DNA of 64,000 nucleotides from Gordius albopunctatus (lineage: Eukaryota). The translations under genes and the position numbers were made by a program. The stretch lies in assembly GCA_964276515.1 (NCBI GenBank), contig OZ193909.1, positions 18,352,001 through 18,416,000 on the forward strand. The letters are read 5' to 3'. A model generated the notes under the pieces. That model searched no databases and was not told the DNA's origin. It worked only from the letters and a program-made list of their open reading frames with translations. This document shows positions 23,701 to 34,730 of the stretch, in pieces; the first letter of the stretch is position 1, and each line of letters begins with the position of its first letter.

Positions 23701-26700
23701 TTTGCCATATACATTATGTCTGACAAATTAACTAACTTACTATAACTGGTTGGGGATATTTTTTGCAGAAGTTTTATCTAAATTGTAGTGTTATTTTTAC
23801 AATCGATGGAAAGTAAACGTAAATAACTAATTGCAGGTAAAGAGTTTGTCGGGGAATGCAGGGGAGAGAAAACTTTTTATTTATTGTTTCCTGGGGGGTT
23901 GTTGATCTATCGGTTATATTTTCTTAACCACTCTTAAATAATACTTTTTTTATCATTCGCATCACTTTGTCATATATGGAAAAATTAAGACAGAATTAAG
24001 GTGGATAAATTTTAGCTTTAGCGCCATCTGTACATACTATAAAAAATGTTAAAAATATTTAAAAAAAAGTAAAAAATTTAAATAAGAAAATTTAAAACTA
24101 CCAAATTTTTTTTTAAAAACTCAACTAATAAAACTGGCAACAAAATTAATGAGCTGCCATTATTATCACATGGCCATAGAAGCATATAATTTATTTGGGG
24201 ACACCACCTTGAAAATAAGAACGTATTATATAAAAAATACAAATGTCACACGTATGGGGGCGATGTGGGATCAAATAAGTCAGACAAATTATCATAAGTA
24301 AATTGGTTTGTCTTATTATATATACACTAAAAATAGCGGGTTCATAAAATCCATGACGTGATAAAATTCGTGCCCCATTTCAATATATAAAATGTATAAG
24401 TCTAATATTTATTTTTAATAATATTAAATTAATCCTATAAATAAGTAATACATATTTCTACTTATATTCTAACTTTCCTGACGTCATTATTGTATATGAT
24501 GCTCTTAACGAAACTGGCCGGGAAATGTCAGATATTTTTAAAACTAAAAGGAATTTTAGGATTCTGAAAAAGCTATTTTACCCCTGGCCGTCCTGGGCAT
24601 CTACGGTTAAATTTTCGCGCGAATCGGGGCGGTAGTTTCAGAATTTAGATACACACATACATACATAGACTTTACTTTATATATATAGATTAGATAATAG
24701 AATGTAAAACATTGCTGATAGTAAGGAGTTATGTGATAATAAAAATGTTTTATCCAGTAGCGTAGCTAGCCTTTTTGCCTTGGGGGGGGGGGGCTGAGCT
24801 GGTCAAGCCATAAGGGGGGGGGGCAAAAAAATTCTGCAAAAAGAAATTTCTTCTGCCCGAGCCCGATTTTTCAATTTTTATTTTGCCCGGCCCGAAAGAA
24901 ATTTTTAATTTTGGCCCGAGCCCGACCCGATTTTTCAAATAAAATTTCGAAAAAATTATATTTTTCAAATTTTTTTCACCATCTAAATATAAAATGCATT
25001 AGATTTTTATTACTCGTAATTTACAACTAGGATAAGTTTGAAATAAAAAATCCACTTTCACTCGTTAAAATATATTCAGCTAATAATTTAAAGCTAAAAA
25101 TATAACTTTATAAAATATATTTTTTACAGTTCCAAATAAAAAACTTTTTGAACTATTTACTTCTCTTATTTCTAAAGTTGTAACTTCTATGAATCTATTT
25201 AAATAATAGAATAATATTTGCATTTCATGTCGGTTATATTATAACAGACAAGGGAAAAGAGCTGAAGTTTGAGAGCTATATAATGTACGCTGTGCCAAGA
25301 TATTGAATTTATTTAAATTCTATTTTATAAAAGATTAATTTGCTTTAGTTCAATTCGAGCCGGGCTCGGGCCTCAGATCGAGCCGCCACATCAGGCCCGA
25401 CCCGAGCCCGAGGCCCCATTATTTTATGAAATTTTGGGGCCGGGTCGGGCTTCAGGCGGCCCGTGCAGGGCTCTAACTACATATACCCTTAAAAATTCCC
25501 CCCCCCCCTTAATCCAAAACCTGAATACGACCATGGGTCAAACGCAAATTAAGAATTTTTCTCTCATAAACGTTGGGCAAACTTAAAATCCCGCTACTAA
25601 TTTGTGTATTTTATCTAATAACATCACACTAGTATGTCTTAGACCCGTATGTATCTAGGAATCTAGGTTATAAAATAATGAAAATTTATTCATAAATAAA
25701 ACAAAGTAATGTAGTTGAAACAACATAAATTTCACTTTGTATAATAAGTTTGTGTATAAATGATTGTAAGGGCACAAAGTGGAACGGGGATATTGACAGA
25801 AATCGTTGACATTTTAAAAAATAATACAAATATTAAAAAAACTATATAAAAAAGGTTTTATAAAAATTATTATTGCCAAAACCCCAAAAAATCTTGGCCA
25901 TATATATAACATTTTATAATTTTACATATACAATATTGGCAGCATTTATATCATGAAAACAATGAGAACATTTAAAAGCCTTTTTAGGCTAGATGCTCGA
26001 AAGGCGTAATTATAACATAAATATGGAAAAAAATTAATTATGAAATTAAAATTCGTTCAAGAATGAGTATTTAGAAGTTATTGCCCTGATGATATTATAG
26101 ATATATTCGCACAACCGCCCCCCCCCCCTTTAAATCACCTAAAAATTAAAATAAACAAATTTTACGGCTAAATTAACCTTAAAAATATTCTGTCAAAATT
26201 AAATGAATCAAAACTTTACTTAATAATTATAGATGAAATTAGATATCTGAGATGCACAGAACAACTTAGCGTTTTTGTACATTTCGTATGAATCCTAGGC
26301 ACATCAAAAGGATTTTTTTTTGTGATTTTTATCCCTTAAAAGTCTTGATGCGTTAACAATTGTCTATATAAATCAGGAATTTGTTATTAATATTAATTTA
26401 TCAAACTTTTGATGGGAGATCCCTAATAAAAGGGAAAAAATGGTGTACAAACTGTTTTTTGGAAAATCATTGGCTTTATGAGTGCATGTGGTACATAAAA
26501 ATTTTTTTTTTAAATTGACATCCTTTATTAAATAAAAAGTATTAAATATTGAGCGGAATTGTTTAAAAGATACAAGAACGAAAAAATTTATATAAAAAAA
26601 TGATTAAAACTCAATATCCGTTTCTTCATCTTTGAGAATGGGCATTGAATCCATCAAAGAATAAAAATTAGATTTAGCGATCGCGATGGCAATTGATTGT

Positions 26701-29700
26701 CGTAGTAAAAAACTATTCGATATTTTACAAGGGGCGAGCGTTTATTGAGTTCTTTAAAAAAATTAAAGCGCTCTTCCCAAATGTCCCTGAGCACGATGAG
26801 ACGATAGGAATAAAAATCGAGTTTTGGGATAAAGCTGAATATTTTAAGGATTTACGATGCTCTGCCGATCCAAGGGGGTCGTGAGTATCGTTGGAGGGGG
26901 CAAAAAGGTCTATACAGGTGTAGTCCCATTTTAAGAAAAGGCCTTTGTCCCATGGGATAAGGGACGAACCGTCCGGGCGCATCCGCCCTTCGAGAGAGGG
27001 ATCTGAAGGTTCAAGGATCGAAGGGACTTTTGCCCGTTTGAGGGCAGCTTGAAGTAGTGTATTTATTTTTTGGTGCCTACCATACCGGCTTTTATTAAAT
27101 TTACAATGCAGAGGGTGACGTGCTTCCTCATCTACAAGTGAATTACAAAGCCGGCAGGGGTATGAAGACGTGTATTTACAGCCCAAGCGGAGGGCTATAT
27201 TGTAGGAGAGGGTAGGATTCTCCAAAAACATACTAGGGTAAGCTTCAAGNNNNNNNNNNNNNNNNNNNNNNNNNNNNNNNNNNNNNNNNNNNNNNNNNNN
27301 NNNNNNNNNNNNNNNNNNNNNNNNNNNNNNNNNNNNNNNNNNNNNNNNNNNNNNNNNNNNNNNNNNNNNNNNNNNNNNNNNNNNNNNNNNNNNNNNNNNN
27401 NNNNNNNNNNNNNNNNNNNNNNNNNNNNNNNNNNNNNNNNNNNNNNNNNTCCTAATAGCTAAAAGCTTAGCTCCAAAGACTATGGGCGTTATTTCTTTAG
27501 GTATACTCCCATTGACTAAAAGGTTACAAAATTTGGTGAATAAGTCTAATAAGATGGAGGAGTTATTATTAACAATTGTTATAAGATCTTTTAAAAAAAT
27601 TGGTTTTATGCCGTCGAGACCACCTGCAGAATCCATGGGAAAGGATAAGATGGCGTCTCGAATTTCTGGTGACTTAAAAGCAATATCTGAAGGTTGCGAG
27701 GGCGATAGGTAAGTAGAAGATAGACTGTGGGGGTGTTTGAGAACCATTTCTTCGTATGATTTTTGTGAAGGACTCAGAAATGAATTGTCTTCTTCAAGAA
27801 ATCTGATTGCACCTTTTATGTTGAAAGCGTGGATTTTTCTAGAGATCATATTCGCTTTTTGTTTGGGAGTTAATATGTGGGATTCCTTTCTCTCAATGTT
27901 ATATGCTGGAGGGCTGTTTACTGTCGAACTTTAAAACTGATTGTTTAATATTATGAGTGATATTTGCTTCTTTGTCTTGAGGAATGGATAAAATGTAAAA
28001 AGAGATTTTAAATAGTTTCTCCCAATAGGAAAGGTTCTGAGGGAGGGAAATAATATTGTTAAGTAAGTTTATTAAAAACTGTTGCATGCACGCCCGGGCC
28101 CCCCTTGGAATTCTGGATATGGTTGGTGGGAATGTTTGAGATAAAAAGGCTGTACTCCATGTCATGTCATTTTTTTCATTTGTGGTATAGTAGGTTTGAG
28201 GAGGTATTAGATTAGGAATATCAGTACCAGAGGGACTGAGAATAATGTTATCTTCTAATATTAAGGTTGATGGTGGACATGTAGTGTTTGGGGGAGCGAG
28301 CTTCCCCGAGGAGGGGCATTTATTGGTGACAGGGCCATGTTGTAAAAAACAATTCTTTTTGTTTAATGAGATATTTCGATGACACAAGGGGCATAGGGCT
28401 TTTAAAAGGACCATTTAATATGTATATGAATTTTATCAGACAAAGAAAAGAATTTATTCATGTCAAAACTGATGATTTATTGTAAGACTCTGAGTAATTA
28501 TGAGTGGGAGGATAAAGGACAACCTCAAGGATAGAGTAAGTGGCATTGCAGTTGTTTTTTAAAAAAAAAATTTGTTACCTTGGTTAGATAAGTTATTTTG
28601 TAAAAGATACTATATTGCATATTGTAAATGTTGGTTGTAATTGTTAAAAAGTTGCCTGATAAGATATTGTATATAATTTTTAATTTTTGGGTATATAATT
28701 TTAGGTCTAAATATGTGAAAAAAAATAAACTATGGATGTTAATAAAATAGTGATAAGAAATGTATAAATGATTGAAATACTGTAAGTGGTTTCTAGGTTA
28801 TTAAGTAGAGGGTTCAGTTTGCTTTGAATAGTAGTGATGATGTTAGAGAGAAAGATTGGGTGAGGTAATTGTTTGTTTTTTTGTAAAGAGTTTCTGAGTA
28901 AATGAATGTTTGCTTTGAATAGTAGGGATCAAGTTGAAAATAATGGGTGTGGTTGTGAGTCTTTCTCAGTAATTTGCTTGATTGTTGTTTGAATGTTTGG
29001 ACTTCTTAATGTTGTTGAGCTGAAACTTTGGGGGATAGACACTTGCATGTGTTGGATGCAATGTGAATAGGAATAGATGCCATAGTGGATAAAGTGGATT
29101 GATAGCAATTTTTTATATTGGTTATAATGAATTGAATAGATTGGTTAAATGATTTGAAGTGTAAATCTTTATGAGACAAATGTAGTATGTCTTAATTTGG
29201 AATCATTGGATAGATATTAAGGGATTTATGGATTGTTATATAAAGTTGTAAGAAGAATATGGTTTAGATCCAAACTTGCACCATACCAAAAATTAAGGGC
29301 ACTAATGTAGTTCCAAAATCATGACATAAATAAGGTTTGTATAAATATGATAAACTTTTTTATGATGACTATATTACTCTTATAGCCCGGTTATTATAAT
29401 TTATAATAATTTTAAGAGGTTATATAGATTTGGTAATGTAATAAATCATAATGATTTGATAACGATGTCATTCATTTGGAAGCATGAATTATTGGCTTTA
29501 TGAGTGCATGTGGTACATAAAAATATGCAAGATATGTTAAACAATAAGCATGCGAGATGGGCAATTAAATTGAATCCAGGATGGAATTTTCGTAAATTTA
29601 ATAATATTTTAATATATTTTGAAAGTGTTAAAAAGTTTAAAATCCCACATAATTTTTCATTAAATATTTATATTATCATCCGGGGAATAAAGATTTATAA

Positions 29701-32700
29701 AGCAATGTTCTAAGCTCAATAAAGCTAAGGAAGATAACCTATCTTGTCCAATTATAAAACGATAATAGTTTTAATCCATTTTAGCAATGAGAACGATCCT
29801 TCGCACGAGCATAAAGTTATTAGGATAGTTAAAATTATTTAATCAAAATAAAAAAATTTAAAAACATTATTGGGGCAAAATTTTAATAAGTGGAAAAAAA
29901 TCATTGCATTTTATTTTATTCGAAGTAAAAAATTATAATATATTACATTATTTTTTTCCATTGTTATTTCTACATCTGGCAGTGTTAATTCATAATGGTA
30001 AATTACTTCTAATAAAAGAGATTTATCGCAAAAAAGGGGATGAGGGGTTTAATCTTCCATGGACCTAGCCAAGGGAGGGGGCTGCCCCTTCTAAATCCAA
30101 AAAGTTGTTAAAATTTATCAAAATTATGGCTAAAATTTGAAAAAATGATCATTTTGCCCTTGCCTAAATCATTATAGCCCCCCTCTAATTCAAATGCTGA
30201 CTAAGCCCATGAAACCCTCTAAGGACCTATATTACAATTAATTTCCGAAAATCTAATGTTTAATTCTGCTACTACTCTATCGATGATCGGATATTATAAA
30301 TCAATTTTGAAATCAATTAATGAATTGGTAGATTAAAAGAGTAAAAAGTGTTATACTTTTTTGGTTTTATAATACGTTTAGAAGGTACTAAATCAAAAAT
30401 TGAAGGTAACTCTTTCGCCTTATTATAAAGAATTCGATAGTAATCCTCATTTCTAATATCATTTGAAGCTAATATTAGGCTATAAACCGTTGAATTGCAT
30501 TTATTAAACAAATATCTGGGCTTTATATTAAAATTAAAAGTTATATTCAAAAACAATTAATTATAATCTTCATATGTTTCTTAATTAAAATAAAATAATG
30601 GCGCACGGGGCCCAAGATTTTTCGCTTGGGGGGGGGCCCATGGGGCCCGGTTTTTGCTCTTGGGTGGGCCCGGGCCCCCTGCCCTCCCTAGCTATGCCAC
30701 TGGTTTTATCGTCTTTATTGCAAAGAGCATGTGACTAATTTTAAGCCCTTAAGACAGTCTAAAAACTAATGTTACAATGAAAAGCGTCCCGCTAATAGAC
30801 CATTACATTTTCATATGTTTGATTAGGTGATCAAAACTTAAAATTATGTTTGAAATAATCATGAGCAATATAAATGTTTATTAACTTTGTGTTTGAAATT
30901 TTAGATAAATACTAGAAGATCTCAAAAATTATGCTTTGCGACACTATGAAAACAAAGTTACTTAGGTTAAAAGGGTAAAGGTTGGTGCTATTACTTATGG
31001 CCTAGTTCGTGTGCAATTGTGCTAGCATAGCTATTGAAAGTGCCTCGAACGATGGCTACCGAATATTCACGGCAAACTGATCCTACCATGGCCAAGCCTG
31101 CCCAGAAAATGATAAAAAATTCACTTGTACATATATTGGAGATAATATAAACTGTCATTTCTCATCTCATGAAAATGAAATGTACTAATTTCATCACACT
31201 GGATTGTTATGTCAAAACTGAACATTAGCATAATCTTGACTAGCTAAGGCAAAACTTATTAGTTTGTAGGAAAATAATTGAAATGGATGAATGTGCTTAT
31301 TATTGAATTTGCAAAGCTCAGTGGAACTATATCGATCAAATTTTTAAAATAAAATTCACGGTAAACATCAAATATAATATTTAAGAAGATTTAGAACATC
31401 ACATATAATCACCTGTAAGAGATCCCGTTCTGCGACCTTTATCATCTCTGCTATAAAATAATGACCTAAATAAACATGCAAATGTAAAAATCACATATTA
31501 TTATAGATAGCCATTAAAATGTAAATACTAAGACAAATACTATTAAACTAATTAAGAAAAGTTTATTTGCAGAGAGCTTGAGATATTATATTTTGGCAAA
31601 TAAATAGCTTAAGAGGAAATAAATGTTTATTACTGTTTTTCTAAAAATATTATATATATTTAACGAGTACTGAGACTTGTAGGACTGCATTTAAGTACAA
31701 ACTTTATATTAGATTAGAGTAGACAAGAATGACGTACAAATTTTTAACGATAGCCAACACTATGCATTAAATTACTAAATTGATTTTACTGAAGATCGAA
31801 CTTTAAATGAATTTTGTTGAACTTTACAACTTTTCTATGGAATTACTTCATTAAAAAGATAGCCGAATGCCATCTCTTGGAAGCCGGTAATCTGACTAAC
31901 TTGTCATGAGCAAATCTTTTGAATATTGATATTAATGTATTCGCATTATAATTTCTATATTCCTAAAGAGCGCATAAATATAAAAAAAATTGCATTTTAA
32001 AATAAAAATTAATTTGTAAAACAAAAAAATCATGTAGATTGACCTCAAAATAAATATATAAATTACTCGGATAGTTTCATAGTAGACAACTTCAACGTTC
32101 ACTATAATTCCTAAAGAAGGATTTGAGTAATAAGAGTTGACCTAATGGAGAGAAAGATAATTGTACTTTAATTTAAAATCATTTTTTTTATTAATATCTA
32201 AATTGTATTTTACACCAGCATTTTTAAAAATTATTATAATATTTTAACTTTTTTATAATTTATTAAAAGCCATGCACACTTGAGCTAATATCTCTCTGCG
32301 TTTTGCTTTGTCCAGCCCAGCAGTTCCTTCTACAAAAAATGCCACCTTCAAATGCAATTGTCGATTGTAATTCTGACTGATTAAGGCTTTTGAATCAACT
32401 TCAATAAGGTCCGGCTTAAGGTAATTAATTACGTCTAGAAATCAAATTAAATTTCTTTAAAGTTATAATTATAAATTATCGCTCAAATATATTGGTAAAA
32501 AAGCACCAGATGACATTCAAACAGGAATAAAAAATGAATGAAATATAATCTTAAATTAACTGAATACGATAAAAATATTATAAACGTGCCCTTTATGCAT
32601 AGGCGTAGCCAACTTTGAAATTAGAGGGGGGAGCAATAATGATCTAGGAAGGAGTAAAATGATCATATTTTGAAATGTTATCCATAATTGTAATAAATTT

Positions 32701-33987
32701 CAAAAAATTTTTGGATTTATAAAGGGTCAGCCTCTCTTCCCTGTCCCCCCAGCTACGCCCATGCTTTTATTCTATGAGTATGGATGCATGAGTCACTTAA
32801 CACCCCTTAGGTCAGTATGAGCCTTAGACTTAGAGTTATGCAAAATGAATTTTCTCCCGGCTCGACCCGAGCGGCCCCACCCAAGACAGGCCAAGTATTT
32901 AATTTTAGCAAAAATAAAAACTATATTAAAGGCAGGGATAGCCCATGTTTGAGTTGCAAAATTATTGTTTCAACATTAAATTAGTCGCTTACCCTCATCA
33001 GATATATCAGAAACGTATAAATCATTGTGGTCTCCAGTGGTGGGTAAAGTATATTTAGCTAGAACTAACTCTTTAACCAAGGGATTAATATTGCTAACAT
33101 TTTGGTTCAAGTTATCTAATATAGTAGCCATTAGAATTGGATTATCATTATTGATTTGGAGAATGTGTTCAAAAAGATCTCCTCCATTGAAGCTATCACC
33201 AGAAACTCCATATGAGGGGTGAAATTGCATTTTGTAAACACTGGATCCCAATACTAATACTCCATTCTAAATGGGTAACAATAGCGTAATTAATTATAAA
33301 AAATTTAGATTATTATATTTTTAAAATATCTTTAAATAAGTAATTTTAAAACTTAAACCCTTTTTTTGTTACAATATTATATATTTATATAAAATAAGAG
33401 ATTATTTAATAGATTATATTTATTTTGTCTTAAAATGATTATTCTTTTTTTAGTTTTAAACCAAAAAGTGGCTGACTTACGAGATCTGTGCAAAATGAGA
33501 TGAGAAAATGACTTCCTGGTATGTCCTTTAAGTGTCCGGAAAAAAGACAAGAAATGTTTGGGTTATCTTTCAATTGGGGATAGACCGTTGTTATATCACT
33601 GTCCATTATCAATTCCAATATTGTGCCATCAACTTCGATTTTTAAATTTTCCAATTCTTGTCGGGCCCTAAATAATGGTTCATCTAAGACAAAAATAATT
33701 AAAAACATAAATATTTTCATAAATAAATATACTAGTGTGTTTTAGATTAATATTTAACGTAAATAAAAATAATGTTTAATGGAAAATTAATTTATTACCA
33801 CCGAGATCTAAAATCCCTTCTTGGAAAATTGGCTTTACTTCATTCTTCTAAAAAGTGAAATTTTTAGAAATAAAATTGCAAATTATAAATACATACCTGA
33901 AATGGGTTTTTAGAAAGCGAACTTAAATTGATAGTCACCGCTAAGAGAAATAGCTCTGTGAGAAATTTTGAAGCCAGTTTAGGCGAC
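20722..33987 (-). CDS. Secreted reprolysin-type (M12B, ADAM/ADAMTS-like) zinc metalloprotease, >=16 exons, ~670 aa; start codon exon not resolved
   Basis: Phase-consistent GT-AG exons: 33987-33897, 33847-33799, 33683-33481, 33266-32993, 32434-32280, 32141-32067, 31962-31847, 31465-31413, 31097-30995, 23570-23448, 22264-22051, 21757-21647, 21543-21338, 21220-21187, 20977-20905, 20855-20722 (TAA). Motifs: hydrophobic N-terminus, prodomain SCLFSGHL..SFC, YSNPSLG, GLAMVGSVC, TIAHELGH|NIGLPHD, Met-turn FLMAP, WSACS, CQIRFG, NGTICGKDKMCYQSKC. Confidence 0.88.
22755..22948. mobile_element. Palindromic MITE (~194 bp) in a metalloprotease intron
   Basis: Imperfect ~55-bp terminal inverted repeats CATTAGAG...CTCTAATG. 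No clear TSD. Confidence 0.75.
23677..24689 (-). mobile_element. Non-autonomous Helitron (~1.0 kb)
   Basis: Minus strand A|TC...CTAG|T, subterminal hairpin GGCAAA-cgttgt-TTTGCC (23689-23706), (CATA)n near the 5' end, no TSD. Confidence 0.8.
26502..29490 (-). mobile_element. Apparently full-length CRE-like non-LTR retrotransposon (~4.0 kb after gap correction) with 34-bp TSD
   Basis: Same element as 2068-5345. Poly(A) at 26502-26511. Flanked by identical ATTGGCTTTATGAGTGCATGTGGTACATAAAAAT (26469-26502, 29491-29524). Confidence 0.9.
27250..27449. other. Assembly gap (200 N), true size ~1242 bp by comparison with 2816-4057
   Basis: Flanks match positions 2815 and 4058. Confidence 0.97.
30058..30211. 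mobile_element. ~155-bp hAT-type MITE (inverted relative to 32598 and 34571 copies)
   Basis: CATGGACCTAGCC...CTAAGCCCATG ends. Internal sequence is reverse-complementary to the other two copies. Confidence 0.7.
32598..32763. mobile_element. ~165-bp hAT-type MITE in a metalloprotease intron
   Basis: TIR CATAGGCGTAGC/GCTACGCCCATG; degenerate TSD CCTTTATG/CTTTTATT. Confidence 0.75.
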
Positions 33988-34570
33988 CTAATGAAAAAAA
34001 TTAATTGTTTTAAATTTAATTATGATTCATTCCTGATAAAATTCGTTAAATTTAGGTAGTGATTAAAAACAAAAATTAGAAAAACCATAAATTAGTGTTA
34101 CAAACTATTTTTTTTACCAAATGTCTTGAAGCGTTAGTTTTTCACTATGTATAGGGTATAAAAAACTTGTTTAGGTTAATTTGTTCAGGAAAGTTAATTT
34201 TAAAATTTTTTATACAATAAAATTATTAAAAATGATTTGCAAATTAACAAACTATCAGTATCATGAGATTACCAGTAAGATGACGTTTTTATAAATACAA
34301 ATTGTTACACTAAATAGATGAACAAGCCCCAGGCTTATATATATAAAGATAAAGGCAATTAAACTTCAAACAACTACATCATTATTACCTCTTTTTCCAC
34401 GAACCAATATCAACTTATTCAATGTTTGACAAGTCTTAACTAAATTTAACTTTTGTACGTGTATTTAAATAACAAAAATTTGTAGAAGGAAGAGATTTAT
34501 CATTGCTACTTGTCAATTAATTCAAATCATCAAGCTTTTAATACAAATTTAGCAACTTGTAGTATATAAA

Positions 34571-34730
34571 CATGGGGGTAGCCAGCATCCGAATTAGAGC
34601 TAATGATTTAGGGAAAGGCAAAATGATCATTTTTTGAAATTTTAGCCTTAATTTTAATAAATTTTAACAAATTTTTGGATTTAGAGGGGGGGGCAGCCGA
34701 TCCTCCCTGCCCCTCTTAGCTACGTTCATG
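34571..34730. mobile_element. ~160-bp hAT-type MITE, same family
   Basis: CATGGGGGTAGCC...GCTACGTTCATG; shares the aaaatgatcat...tttttggattta core. Confidence 0.7.

Larger units (their letters stand above)
5546..26139. repeat. Segmental/tandem duplicate, near-identical to 43407-64000
   Basis: Constant offset 37,861 for all ORFs and landmarks. The only difference I noticed is T15649 vs A53510. Confidence 0.97.
24755..30702 (+). mobile_element. Degenerate hAT (Tip100-like) transposon containing nested CRE retrotransposon and MITEs
   Basis: TIRs CAGTAGCGTAGCTAG / CTAGCTATGCCACTG (13/15 match) and perfect TSD GTTTTATC (24747-24754, 30703-30710). Decayed DE..EQLS and FDG..NGVQ..VH motifs. Confidence 0.85.

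Noticed and set aside
26725..27849. 374-aa ORF spanning the gap
   Set aside because: Artefact of translating through 200 N; the intact copy (2816-4057) has a stop and a frameshift there.
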